Shown: positions 12,401 to 25,399 of the stretch, one piece after another
Numbering within the stretch: position 1 is the stretch's first letter
Layout of the letters: the number at the start of each line of letters is the position of its first letter
Assembly: GCA_050084515.1 (NCBI GenBank)
Contig: CM114271.1
Location: forward strand, 13,640,001 to 13,704,000
Length of the DNA: 64,000 bases
Direction of reading: 5' to 3'
From: Blasia pusilla
Lineage: Eukaryota
Position numbers and translations under genes: made by a program
Notes under the pieces: model-generated
Database searches by the model: none
The model's input: only the letters and a program-made list of their open reading frames with translations
Told to the model about the DNA's origin: nothing

Positions 12401-15026
12401 GTTGATCTCTGGGGTTGTCTCCTGTCCTTTTTGTGTCCTGTTGCTGGTAAAATCAATTCCATCATTCGTAGTATTTGAACTCCTTGTTGTTGCTTAGGAG
12501 TTGTATGAATTACAGTTTGTCTTTGTATAAAAGTATCATCATCTATCTGCAGAAAGTTCTATACTTAAAGAGCCAAATTTAGAACAGGAATGGTGTCATT
12601 GCTTCATCAAATTGAATCAGCTCACAGGACATATATTGACTAGCAAGCTTCGGGTGTGTTGCCGTGAATTGCAGAGTTTTGGTGGCTTCTGTGCAGTGAC
12701 ATATCTGAGCATTGCACCAGGTGGTTTGCGGCACGTGTTGCTCACAGGAGGTCTTCCACCAGTTGATGAGGGTTGTACAGCAGATTTGGTCTACCGTCAA
12801 TGTTATGAGCGAGTAGCTTTGCAAAACGCTAAGTTTTACGCACGATTCCCGCAAGATGAAGAGGTGGTTCGCTCAATAGTCCTCCATTTGGCTAAGGAAG
12901 GAGGGGTGAGCCATAAGCCAGAACTGTCCCTTAAAGTGCTATATTTTAGTATCTTGATGGGGGGACTCAAATGTGTCAGTTTAGAATCATTGTACTGTTA
13001 TGAGTACTACAAATTGCTGTCTTGTTTAAGGATTTTGATATCTAAGTTGCAAATTGAGATTGCAAGTCCAAGGTACTTCGGACTAGATGTGTCAGTTGAA
13101 AGCCTTCTTAAACTCCTCTCATAGTGACATTATCTTTGAACACCTATCTGTCTTGGCAGGTACTAATGCCTTCTGGTAGCACACTCTCAGCTCGGGGTCT
13201 TCAGTTGCTGGGTCTATCTGGCTTGGGTTCTTCAGGTGGTTTTGAACGGTTACATTACATGTGAGTGGCAGACCTTTCGTAAATTTATAGTATCTGGGTC
13301 ACATTTTCCAACAGTGTAGAAATGGCAAATGACAGTCTTTCCTTGTTTACTTTGGTACTCAGTTTGGAGAGGGCATGGGATCCTGCCTTAGTACCCGATG
13401 CAAAGAGAACACTCAGTTACACATTCTTGCGAATGGTAAGAACTGCAATCTTTATTTGTTATTGATAGTAGATGTCTTCTGACTTACTCTTTTTAATAGT
13501 AGGTGCCAAACCTTGTTGCCATTGTTCCCAGAATGCCTGCTGTGCTAGTGGACTTTGGATTAGAGGACAGTATCTCAAATACAGTTGGCTGGCATGGTTT
13601 GGTTTGCACAAAATGTTGTATTGCATATTTCCTGTACACGGAATCACTCTGATTCCAAAATTGTTGATGTGAACAGGTTGAGAACTGGCTAGACTTCGAT
13701 ACAAACCCACTTTATGCTCTTTTGCACGAATCTATTTATTGCCAGGTACAAGCTAATATAGTAACCAAGGAAGTATCGAAGCCCCAGAGAAGATGACTTT
13801 AACTTGTCTGCTATAAAGAGCCCTCACTTTTTTCCGGGTTCTGTACCCATACAAACATGTTTTGAGGCTCTTCTGTACATTCGACAGTGGAAGATCAAGT
13901 CCTCTTATGTTAACAGTTAAATTCTTGTAAGTTTTGGAAGATTAATTAAGAAGTTCATCTACACAATTTAGCGTCAGAAAAACTGGGATAGCTTCTTTAC
14001 TCCTGCTTTCCTGTAATCATTTGTGTAGTTGCTTTGTTTTGGGTGGAGAGGGTAATCAACATTGTGAGGCAAGACACCGTATGACACATAATTAAGCTGA
14101 CCTGTTTAAGTTGATCAGAAATTCTCTAATTCGTCTTATTTACTTTGACTGAAGGGAGCAGCATCAAATTGGTCTGCACATCGAGTTAGAGAGGAGTTAG
14201 GAAATCAATTCGAAGCCGTTGTAGCTGCCTCCAACGGTCAACGTGTCCTCTTTACTGGAGAGGTATGTAGGGTGAGATTTCAGCTCAAGCGTATTATGCT
14301 TTGTTTGCTGGGGAGAGTTGCATGAAAGTGCCACTGTGTCAACATTGAAGGACCAAAGTCATTAGTCCAAAGTCTTTACAGTTGAACATCAACTGTAGAG
14401 CTTGGCATATTCTATTGTAGAGACAGAAATCAACGTGGGAGGATTGTTGAGAAGCTGTGTGGGCTACTAGAAAGTTAGATCTATTGCTGAGCTGCTTAAT
14501 CATGAGCTCGAATTCCCTGTGGACAATTTTGTGGAGTGGTCTATGTTTCCAGATGATTTTCCCTTGGATGTTTGATGAGCTGAAGGCCCTGCAGCCTTTT
14601 AAAGAGGCCGCACATATTTTGGCCGCAAAGGAGGACTGGCCACATATTTATGACAAAAATATTCTTCGGAATAACAAGGTAATTGTCTCGTTTTTGTGAT
14701 CTAGTTAGTTGTCGGCATTTCTGACCTCTTTTAAGCTCATGAGCATACTTTAGGATCTTGGTTTGGCAATCTTTCATAATTTGAAAATCAATGGCAGTGC
14801 CTACCAACTAAGAGCCTCCTTGTCTGCTCAGGTTCCTGTTGCGGCTGCAGTGTATTATGACGATATGTATGTCAGCTTCAAACTTTCAGAAGCTACGGCT
14901 TCGGAAATAGCTGGAATAAGGATGTGGGTCACGAATGAGTACATGCACTCTGGTATACGCGAAGATGGGCCCCGGATCTTGGACCACCTATTTGGTTTGT
15001 TGAAAGGAAAGATTCTCCTGCGTTGA
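9444..15026 (+). CDS. PIP: Proline iminopeptidase (peptidase S33, alpha/beta hydrolase). 11 exons: 9444-9646, 10615-10784, 10940-11076, 11277-11450, 12675-12905, 13160-13260, 13363-13435, 13677-13745, 14155-14262, 14553-14678, 14832-15026
   Basis: Spliced frame gives LYLQGGPGF, LLDQRGTG, FRADNIVRDAE, nucleophile motif LGQSFGG, LLTGGLPP, FTGEMIFPWMF, AAVYYDDMYV and TNEYMHSG. Splice phases are consistent. Exon 1 is Arg/Ser/Ala-rich like an organellar transit peptide; it is the least certain exon. Confidence 0.92.
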
Positions 15027-15568
15027 AATGGAAACCTTATGAGCTTCATTCCACTTGAAAAGGAGTGCACAGATGTAGAAAAGCAACTGATGCCCCCTGA
15101 ATTCAAATGACTGGATTACAAGAGCTGTTGACATTCAGACAGTTTTTGGTTCGCTAAATGATTCTATAGGTGTTTGACCTCTGTCCACAATTACATCACT
15201 CATGATAATGAGAAGAGAAAGTAGAAACTGAGGAAAGATGAATTCACCTCCATATATAGATCCAATAGGTTGAAAGAAGCTCGAGAACTTCGCAGGTTAG
15301 TCATGAGTTTTCAAGTTTCTTCTGTAATGGTTCAATCCAGCTTGTAGTGTAAAGGTTGCCAGATTTATTGAGGATAGCCCCAATTGTTGAGTTTCGTTGT
15401 GAGAAAACGTCTGGTGGTTAGGAGGTACCGAAGAAAGTCTCTTCAGGTCCCCAAGCCGGCATAATCAAGTTTGCCGAAAATGTTGACGCTTTAATGTCCA
15501 AACTGTAGCGTGGCATATGCTCAAATTTTGTACCATAGTACGGCATGCGCTGATGAATATATGATTCA

Positions 15569-15700
15569 CACTCTAATTACAACTAGTGTGTTGCCCGATG
15601 CAGGGGTGACCAAGTTTCTTTTAAGACAACCCACTCTAATTACAACTAGTGTGTTGCCCGATGCAGGGGTGACCAAGTTTCTTTTAAGACAACCCACTCT
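15569..15700. repeat. Perfect 63-bp tandem duplication
   Basis: cactctaattacaactagtgtgttgcccgatgcaggggtgaccaagtttcttttaagacaacc starts at both 15569 and 15632. Confidence 0.95.
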
Positions 15701-16848
15701 TCACTATGTGTGTGAATTCCCCTCTTCACTCTTTTCAAATATAAATTCTCCACTACTCCCGCTCCTTGTTAATTTCCCACTACTACTAAGTAAGATTGTC
15801 ATTATAACACCTATACCATTCCCTCCCAAAAAACATGTGACCATGGGATATAATATCCCCTCACAAATAAATTTGCCACCAAAATAATACAATATTACTA
15901 TTTTGTCTGATTTTGTCTTATTATGCATGTGATGTTGTTTTTAATAGTATATATCAGGTATGTGCCAACCTGGATGTAGGAAATCGAAAAGGACCTTCAG
16001 TTGGCCATGTATGCCACAATCATAGTCATTGTATACTTCTTGACGCAATGGAAACGAGATGGAGTACATCTGCCAATTACAACTTAGGCAGAAAGGATGA
16101 AAGTAAAAGAAGGAAAATATTTAATGTGGGTTTGTGGATGGAAAAGATCCGACGACGATCAGCGTGGCGCCCCCAAATGAGGGCCAAATAAAATTGCATA
16201 AAGATGCCATGGGAGTGTGAAGTGCCGTAGAAGATCTGTAATTGAAAAGTATGGTAAGGTATGTGAGTAGATGAAGTAACAAGAGTCCAAATCCGTTTGG
16301 GGCCACAATGAATGAATTCAAATTGGAGACAACGTACATGAGTTCAGGCCAGCATTGACCTTACATCCTTGGGTTAGCGCATGGTGGATCTAGCTTGGGT
16401 TATCAGGTTTGTATTTTATTTATCAAAAAAGTGGTTGTGGTCCCCATTTAAAGACTACCCACATTCCTGGTTTCCAATATCCCTATGTTACAATAGGAAG
16501 AGAGGGGTACTTCTACTCCCAAAGAAGTGAAGCCTTCGTATAGAAGAAGATGAGATTGAAAACAAATTTGTTCATATTTTTCAAGATTAGAGTGAATTAT
16601 GTACATGCATGGACTTGAGTTTTTGTAAGATTTGACTTATTTTAACATCCATACAATTTTTCAGGAACCTTGGCACTTTTTTATTGTTTAAAATCCCATG
16701 GTTAGAGAATACACAAAGTAGAGTTTAGAGACATTGTAACCATCATGAGATGTGGAGGAGCTTCGATAATAATAATATTAACATGAACTTAGGATCTTAT
16801 TTAGCTGTGATGTAAAGTGGAAAACATGGAAGACATATATGTACTTAT

Positions 16849-16878
16849 GCCAGTGCAGCGCATGGGCGCTCTCACTAG
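16849..16878 (+). mobile_element. Helitron-like 3' terminus
   Basis: Imperfect GC hairpin gccagtgcagcgcatgggc, then 7 nt, then CTAG followed by T, the usual Helitron 3' end pattern. 5' end not identified. Confidence 0.55.
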
Positions 16879-18519
16879 TAGTGATAGTTTGTGGTAACTA
16901 AACCAAGTTTAAGTCAGTTGTAGGTTAGTTCTCACTCCTTAACAAGGTGAGGCGGTTACCATACTTCATTTCATAATTATGAAAGGATATTATGGACCTT
17001 TTAGGATTTAACCACATTAATGAATGCACGAATTCTTGCTCCATGGTCCGTCTCCAAATATGGGAACCATCCCTTTATTGGATATTTCTAGCTTTTTATT
17101 GAATTTCTTTCATTGATCTACCCCTTAAGGAAATCGTTGCATTCATTCCTTTTATCATAATTTTCTTGATGCCATCCTTGTCAACTATACTAGTATGTAT
17201 TTGCATGTTTTCTTTGAAGTCTTTTGTCTCTTCTTCCCTCTATTATTCATTATGTCATGTATCCATAGCATCTATACTATTCTTGTCAACATGGCATTTA
17301 TAATAAGACAAAATAGTGACACACTTATTCTTTTGATTTTGAAGTGTCCCTCAATATTATGATTGGTCTAAAATTTGGGGGAGGGAAAGAGGTTGTGCTT
17401 GAACCTTTGAGGAGAGGGGAAGTGATCATAACAAATTATTTGAAACATCCCAAGAACTAAAGTAGTGGGGATTATTTTTATCGAGGAGTGGGGTGCTTTT
17501 TAAGGGAATTATTGGTTCTCTTTTAAAAAGGAGAATCCAATTTTTCTAAAGGCCACCAAATTATTTGAGATTAGGGAGAACAAGTGGGGTATTTCTTAAG
17601 GTATTAATTCATATTTTTTCATGAAATCAAGAGTAAGGGAAAGTTAATGGCTCCAGAATAGATATCTCTTGCCTTTACTCATATCTTACAATCACACATC
17701 TAATGGAACTTATTTATCTCTCAATCTACCTTCTCTCAAATTGGAAATTTCTCTAGAGGTATGCCATCATCACTTATTTAGATCTTGTGCCGTTTCTACC
17801 TCTAACGAAAGAAATCCAATTTATCCTTAAATTTCCACATAACTCGATAGAAAAGGACCAACTATCCAATAATCCAATGAGTTCTAGAGTTACGCTTACT
17901 AAAGTAACACAATTAGAGTGCCTCTCTTCTCTTAAAGACATAACATCTTGTCCAACCATCTAACCCATCGATAGTGGTATAACTTGACTATGTCAAAGTA
18001 GATGGTCTCTCTATTGGAATTTGACTTCTCCAACAAAATTGATTTCTTATATTCTATGGTTTGGCAAAGCTTTCTCTCTTCTTTACAAAAATTCTCTAAG
18101 TTAGCAAAAATATTCACTTTCTCTTTCTAAACCCTCTTTCCCAAGATCTTTTCTTTCTAATTGTGGCTTCACGATTTCTACTCCAAAATTTGAAACAATC
18201 ATTCAACTTTTAGAGCCCAAATTAGCTACTACATTGCCTTCATCTAAAAACTACTAATCTTGGTGAACAAGAAAATTGAGAATATGCCAAAAAAGAATGA
18301 GTGAGTCTCTCTCTCTCTCTCTCTCTCTCTTTGAATTTTGGGACAAGCACAAAGAGTGCTTGCCCCAAAATATAAACAAAACACCTACCACCTTATCTTA
18401 GATGATAACTTATGCACAAATAATTTCAAGTTACACAAGTTACTTTTTGATCTATCATTCTAAATTTTTTTGGATTAGATTACATGAGTTATCTTGAACT
18501 TGGGCATATATTGAAGTCC

Positions 18520-18715
18520 CCTTCAAGATGAACCCAATATCTTTTATAGTTAATAAATTCCATAGAAATCAAAGTGATCTCGGGTAGAGCCTTTGTGAAG
18601 ATATCGTCAAATTGTGAATGTGTAGATTTCAAAAAATTTCCAATAGACTAATGATTATTGATTGTACATTGGACATCATGATTTCGACCTTCTTAGATCA
18701 TCTTAGCATACGTGT
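18520..18715 (-). pseudogene. Ty1/copia RNase H C-terminal remnant
   Basis: Minus strand reads STHSQFDDIFTKALPE (cf. copia QxADIFTKAL), followed by a purine-rich tract TTGAAGGGG. Confidence 0.5.
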
Positions 18716-18974
18716 TGGAGAGAAATCCACTGAAAGAAGAAGGAGAAAGTGCACAAACACCACATATACTTACCTAGCCACTTGCAAGGATAAAGGCATG
18801 ATATCTAAATGATCCTTGAGCAAGGTTTTGAGTCAAGGGCAAGAAGCAAGGAAGTGGGGAAGGTTAGTGGAGTTGGGTGAGACGTCGTGAGACAAGCTAC
18901 AAAGCACAAGGATCGGCAAGAAAATCATGAGACACCAAATGATGGACATGGAAACACATGTTTATCAATAAGGC

Positions 18975-19491
18975 TGTCACGTCCTTTAGGATAGATCGGT
19001 GAGATATAGTAGAGCGTCTTCAAGAGTAGTGGAGGACAGGCCTAGGAGGTTGAGGATGACCTGCTGTGGCCCCGGGAAACCTGAGAGAGCAGGTTTCCCC
19101 TTCGTTTTGGCTCATTTGGAGCCATATTGAGGAACTTACTATTTTAGGTAAATACCATTTTGAGTATATGATCGACTTTGTATTTTTGGTAAGTGGCCCT
19201 TGACCTCCTACATCAGGTCAAGAGCCAAAGAGGTGACTTGGGAGAATAGTTTACCATGGAGAGAGCTTGGGAGAGGGGAGGGGTATATATCCCAAGGAGA
19301 GAGAGAGCTTGAGAGCTCATTCTCTCTTTGTTAAACCTCTTGGCATGAGGCGGCGGAGCTATGGTCCCTTGCCTTGTGAGTGTAACCCAAGCCTCTCATT
19401 AGGAGAGTGGGTTTGGTTTGACATGAGAGAGAGTGCACACCTTTGAGAGCTATGGTGTGAGATTGTGTAGAGAGAGATTGGATCTTACTTT
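18975..19491 (+). repeat. Terminal repeat A1 of copy 1
   Basis: Near-identical to 29732-30250 (about 8 substitutions and one 2-bp indel by eye). Contains TATATAT at ~19284. Not followed by B. Confidence 0.95.
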
Positions 19492-21386
19492 ACAAAGAGA
19501 TAATGAGAGAAAGAGAGAATGCGAGAATGAGAGAGTGAGAGAGCTTCATGGGGGAGCTCGCTGGTCACTCGCTGTTTTTGAAGGTTGGGGACCGTGTTCC
19601 CCGTTGAACGGCTCATGGGAGTGCTCATCGGAGCACGGGTTGCTTGGATTGTTTTTTGCATTTGTCGATTTTTCGTGTGGAAGAGTGGCGCCGGAAGCGC
19701 TGCCCAATTTCTGATAGGGATTGAGTATGGGAGCGGGTTGCCCCATGCCAGTGCTTTCAAGAGCACCATGTTGCTTTCTGATTTGCATTTTTATAGGTTT
19801 TACATTTTTGTTGGGAGCAATCAGCGCGGAAGCGGTGCCGAATGTTGGGTAGAAGAAAGAGACATTGGGCTTTACGACAGTCCTGGTTAGTTTTTACTGG
19901 AATGTTCGATTCCAAACATTTTTTAATACTAGCGTAGATCGTGAAGCTGTGCACGATGTGCAACAAAAAATTGCGCAATTTGGAGTTGCAAGCAAAAAGT
20001 TATGGTCAATCTTGCAAAACTGCCATTGCTAGGCGATTTTTAGGGTTAAATTATGCAAACCCTAAACCAGGCGCCACACCGGAGGCGGCCGTCGCCGTCA
20101 ACCTTCAACGGTCAACTTTCACCATCAACGGTCAACCATCACCAGCGACGGTCAACCGTCAACCGTCACCATTCGTCTGTCACCATCAACAGTCAACCGT
20201 CACCGTCAATGGTCCACCGTCCGTTGTCCACCCTTGGTTTCCATTGCCGCCGTTACGGAGTGGAGGGTCTTCCACAACGTTCGTTGATTCTCGGACTTGC
20301 GTCACGATCACATACTTTGTTTTGGCCGCCACTGTCATCAACCTGTGATGGCATATGACCTCATGTTATAGTGTTTGAGTTTTGATTTCCTGCTGCTATG
20401 TTGTGATTGGTAGCCGCTCAACGACGACCGAGTATCGTGCCATGACGTCCGTAGCCACAACTCGCCGCCGATTGCCGCGCCGTGCAGCTCGTGGCCGCAC
20501 CGCACCGTCTTGATCGCGGAGCCGCTCCAGCATTGTGGAGCAGAGTGTGGGTTTATTGTTGATTGAGGAGGGTATGCCGCTGAGTGCGGCATCCCATCAT
20601 CGAGGGCCATGCCGTTCGTAGCCGTTCCGTGCCGCCTGCAACGCCGCACCATTCCGCTGGAACTGCACCGTCTATCGAAGAGTTTTGAGCAACGTCAGTA
20701 CAGGAGGAGTATGACTTGCTGATTGGAGGAGTTGTCTCCACGTCCGAGTTGGGGTCGAGATTCGCAGTTGCTGATGGAGCGACATCGACATGTGTTCAGG
20801 TTACTCATTCTAGTCCTTTACCCTGCACGTGTGAAGGATTCTAGGATTTGGGTAGTTTATTTGGAGATATTGGATGTGTGGATGCTGAGAGCATAATTTA
20901 TGTATGTGATTTAGGGGACATAGACCTATGTGGGATGTCCGGAGTTGAGGGTAGGTTGTCGATGAGATGATAGCCTGGTCGATTTGCCGCACCATGCCGC
21001 TTATTGCCGCACGTTACATATCTCGGGGAGAGAGAGTGGAGATCGAGTGCCGCATGTTTGGGATGAGTGATTGAGGGATTACTCGCGAGGCAAGAGTGAT
21101 CGGGTGAGAAGGGCACGAGGGTCATCAAGGCGTCCGTTCGGGACTTTGAGAGGCGAGGTGGTGAACCCGAGAGTAGCTCTAGAGGTTTTACGCGGAGTGG
21201 CCTGAGGTTCCAAGGATCTTCACTTCAAGGACCACCTCGACCTCCTTCTGTGTCATCGTCATACGAGGGGGAGGGTGTAGAGGAATTTGTGAGCACATTG
21301 CCACACTTTGTGAGTGGTCCTACAAGTTGGGCGTACGAGATGGACGACCGGGGTAGAGGTTTTCAAGTGCAGTAGGTACGATTGAG

Positions 21387-22362
21387 TTGCACGATTTCAT
21401 AGCAGAGTTTAGGAGTTGGTGCGACTCCGAGCGGGCCAGGAACTCTAGAGAGTTTAACCCGTTTACAACATGGAACGGTATGTTTCAACATTTAGAGGGG
21501 GCACCCATGGACGATTACCATGAGTTTTCCCACAGATATGCCCAGGAGATTGAGGCATGGCGATTCTACTACGACCCATATTATGTGTCATGGACGGAGC
21601 CACTCCCAGATGAGGAGGAGGAGTCAGGACAGGCTACTTCCTCTTCCACTAGTGATGTTTTAGGAGGGGTCACTCGCATTGGAGCAGTTGCACCGTCTAG
21701 TCGAGTTCGTCTTAGGTTCAACCCCGTGGTTGAGTTCTTTGCTGAGTTGAGGGCGAGCTACCAAGGGGTATGGATGGAAAAGTTGCGGAGCATCCACAAC
21801 TTCCAGAGGTGCCCGAGTGAGAGTTTACGTGAGGCTTACACCCGCTTGCGCCGGTTGATCAACGTCACTCAGGGGTTGACAGAGGCTCAGACTATCCAAT
21901 CATGGTACGCGATGGTGGACCAGACCCTACGGCCACGGGTGCGGGAGGGGGTTCTTCTTATGAACACCTCCCCTACGTTGAGAGATGTTTTTAGGACCGC
22001 CGAGAACATTGAGCGCAACATGGCAGAGGAGAGTGTAGCCACCATGGGTTCTGGGCGAGAGCAGTCGCGATTGGCTGCACCACCTGTGCAGCAACGTGGA
22101 CTCCGAGATGGGTCAACTGTGGCATCACGAGCTCAGGGAGGATACCGGGAGCCCGTGGCACAGAGACCTGCGCCTTCATATGCGGCTCAACAGCAACCAC
22201 CTACTATTACTTGTTGGTCATGTGGGGGAGCCCATCATCAGCGCCACTGCACTTGTCAGGGTCATGGACGTATGCCTTAGCATGGAGGAGGAGATGGTGC
22301 TGCACCAGGAGGTTATCAGTGTGACTATTATCAGAGGTATGGTCATACACGCGCCAGGTGTT
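21387..22362 (+). pseudogene. gag with two zinc knuckles
   Basis: Retrotransposon gag-like FQRCPSESLREAYTRL; knuckle CWSCGGAHHQRHC; second knuckle CDYYQRYGHTRARC after a frameshift (intact as CDHCHRYGHTRDRC in copy 4). Confidence 0.85.
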
Positions 22363-22574
22363 TCAATTTACATCCTGAGCTACGTTCGGACCGAGGGCCA
22401 GAGAGGGCACTAGAGCGAGTAGCCGGTCCGGGTGGGCCTAGAGATTGTGCACCAGGTGGTCCCGTTGGGGGACGAGGAACTGGATTTGCCCGACAGGGTG
22501 GTGGAACTGCCCGTGGAGGAAGTAGAGTACCACCACCTAGACGCGCCGAGGGAGACGCCGGATGTGAGGCTAGG

Positions 22575-23663
22575 ATGGCTGCTGAGATACAGCAGCTACA
22601 GGAGCAGATTGTTGCTATGGCATTGAGGTTACCCGATGCCGGATCCGTGGCATCGACATCATATGGAGCAGCTAGAGATCTGGAGGATCTTGGTTGGATC
22701 TGCGGGGTTGCCAAGATGGAGGCCGCTGCAGTTGTGACGCGTGGAGCAGCCGCAGAGTTGGATCCACAGCGAGGGGAAGCCAGAAAACAGACTAGACTTC
22801 CTCAGTCTTTCACGTTGTCCGAAGTGATGAGGACCCCATCGATGAGTCCTCATCAAAGTTCCTTGGGAGTTGGTGATGTTGTTGGTGTGCAGGCACGGAG
22901 GGTGATGGGAGAAGTGAGTGCGAAGACTCCTATTGTTGATGCTCAGGAGGGGCATGTGTCGAGCATATTGTTGGGGGCGGCCACCGTTGTGTACCGCACT
23001 CCTTTATTTTCTGCTTCCGATGTTATGACGTTGGGGGGTACGCCCGCCGAGGCTTTTCGGTTGGCCGCGTCGCTATGTGAGCGGAGAGTTGGATTTCCTG
23101 CATCACGTTCAGAGGTAATTGCAGAGGAGGTGATGGACCTGCCCTTGGAGCGGATGCTCGGACCGTCCACGTCAGATTCATGGCAGGCTGCGGCTGCTAG
23201 AATGGCGGAGATGCCCACTAGACCCGCGATAGAGCGTGCCATGGCTTCTCCTGGTGTTGTGTTGCTGGATAACCGAGGAAAGGTCTTCCAGTTGGTGAGT
23301 CCTGGAGGTAGAGCTTTTAGTCCGCAGCGCGTCTTGTTGGATTCAGGAGCGCAACCCTTGATGTTGGGGAAAGCGTCATTCAGAGGATTGGGCTTGACGA
23401 GAGCCGATATGGAGCGTTTTCCATTCCGGATACAGACATCCTTGGGTGGAGCGAGTACCACACAGTATATCACCCGACAGGAGATTGTGGTGAGGATTTG
23501 CTCGGGACATCCTACTGATGAGTCTGTGGTGGGCGCCAAGGCGATAGTGACTGATGTAGAGTCCTACGACGTCTTGGTTGGTGGAGCAGTGTTATACCCG
23601 ATGGGGTTTTCCCTGGATTACTGGGAGGAGTCAGCGCCCCATGACCAGGATGGCGATCGGTGA
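22575..23663 (+). pseudogene. Retropepsin-type aspartic protease region
   Basis: RVLLDSGAQPLML active site and YDVLVG C-terminal motif. Confidence 0.85.
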
Positions 23664-24048
23664 TGGGCGCCTTAGCTCATTACCCATTCGATTCACAGGT
23701 GCAGTGATCGAGCAACGGCCAGGAGAGATGGCGACCTTAGCAGCATTTAGCAGTGCCATCACTTGGCCTAGTGATTTGATTGAGGAACATGTCCATGCAG
23801 AGGATACTCCCATTCTTGACATTTCTATGGAGAGGAGTGTTATGGTAGCCGCATCATTCCATGGAGGAGAGGTGCCGTTGTGGGGCTCGAATGAGGAGCC
23901 TCAACGATTGGCAGATGAGCACGTGGAAACTGCGTGGAGCGAGGCTTTTGCACCGGAGCGTGATGGGTGTGAGGAACCCGAGGTAGCAAGGAGTGCTATG
24001 ATGACACCCTTGGATATCACACCCATTGTGTGGAGTATCCCGGAGAAG

Positions 24049-24995
24049 GGTATTCGAGTATTAGATCTCTTTGGAGGGATTAGCACGGGGTTAGCTGCTG
24101 TTTTGCAGGCAGGAGTGCGAGTGCAGCAGTATCTATATGTGGAGAGTGATGATGTTGCGAGGCGTGTCTCACTACAACATGTGGCGCAGTTACGCCTACG
24201 TTTCCCGAATTATTGTTTGCGTCCGCGGCACAAGGATACCAAAGTTCCCTACCGAGGGATATTTCGTTGTTGGGGGCGCAGGACTTAGAGCGGGTAGGGA
24301 CCATTGATTTGGTCATTGTCGGTTGGCCATGTCAGGGCCAATCGAGTGCTGGACGAGGCAGCGGGTTGGTTGACACTCGGTCCAGGTTGTTTTGGGAGAT
24401 GTTGAGGGTCTTACGGCAGTTGCAGGAGCACCGGTCTTGTTCTCCAGCCTACATTTTGGAGAATGTGCTGATCTTAGGAGACTCCAGGTCACGGGTGGTG
24501 ACGAGTGCTCATCAGGTGGGTGCCTGGATCGGCCCAACAGTGTTCTTGGATGCGGCGAGTGTAGGTTCTAGAGCCCATCGCCCATGTCTATGGTGGACCA
24601 ACTTGGTGCCCCATGCGGTGTTATGAAGGGCGTATGCGAGAGTGGAGCGCCCCTCCCATTTGTTAGTGGATTTCATTCTGGATCTAGGTCGTCAATCACA
24701 AGCAGTGAGGCACGATGATCGACCATCGTTGACTGTGGTCAACAGGGTAGGCAGGCCGCGGGTTGCCATGCCCACGTTTGTGAGTTTTCCCGCTTCCTAT
24801 GCATACAAGGAGACCGGTCCTGGCTTGGTTTGGGATGACCAGGTTCAGCGGTTAGTGGAGCCCAACGCCGACAAGAGAGAGCGAGCGATGGGATTTCCCA
24901 TAGGAGTGACAGCAGTACCATCAGTGTCAGAGGCATCATGATGCCATGTCTTGGGTCAGGCGATGGACCTGAATTGCTTGACATGGATCCTCAGC
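24049..24995 (+). pseudogene. DNMT3-like C5 cytosine DNA methyltransferase domain within pol
   Basis: Motifs in canonical order: I IRVLDLFGGISTG, II YVE, III RDI, IV DLVIVGWPCQ, RSRLFWE, VI ILENV, VIII RAHRPCLWWTNL, IX ERAMGFP, X LGQAMD. One frameshift and in-frame stops. Confidence 0.92.
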
Positions 24996-25399
24996 TTGGG
25001 AGTGGCTGAGCAGCGTCGTATGAGATCGCGAAGATCACGGCCGGTTGCAAGCAGTGAGCCCCATGCCTACCGAGACGGTGGAGGCAGTGGCTGGGGGCGA
25101 GACCCGAGGAGATCGGGAGAGACACCCTTGGACTTCTTGGGATGTTTTGCAGCGTACGCAAGAAGATGATAGCCACAACATCGAGTGTGGTTTCGGGCAC
25201 TGCATGTGGAGGAGTTCAGAGTTTGCAGTTGGCTGCAGGAGAGCGGCCGAGTGTTGTTGTTCGAGACCGGGTTGCACCATAGCAACCACCGATACCCACA
25301 CCGGAGAGTCCTACCGTAGTCACGATGGAGACTTGGGAGCCACATATGGGCCCTAAGTTGAAAGGAGGAGAGCGGCGCCGAATACATCAGTTCCTCATG

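Noticed and set aside
20085-20230. Short ccgtcaac/cggtcaac repeats and overlapping ORFs 19941-20358
   Set aside because: Low-complexity repeat in the retroelement 5' leader; the ORFs have no recognisable domain.
24049-24995. Host DNMT gene or bacterial restriction-modification methylase
   Set aside because: Intronless, collinear with pol between PR and RT inside TSD-bounded ends, repeated in other copies; no nuclease partner or prokaryotic context.
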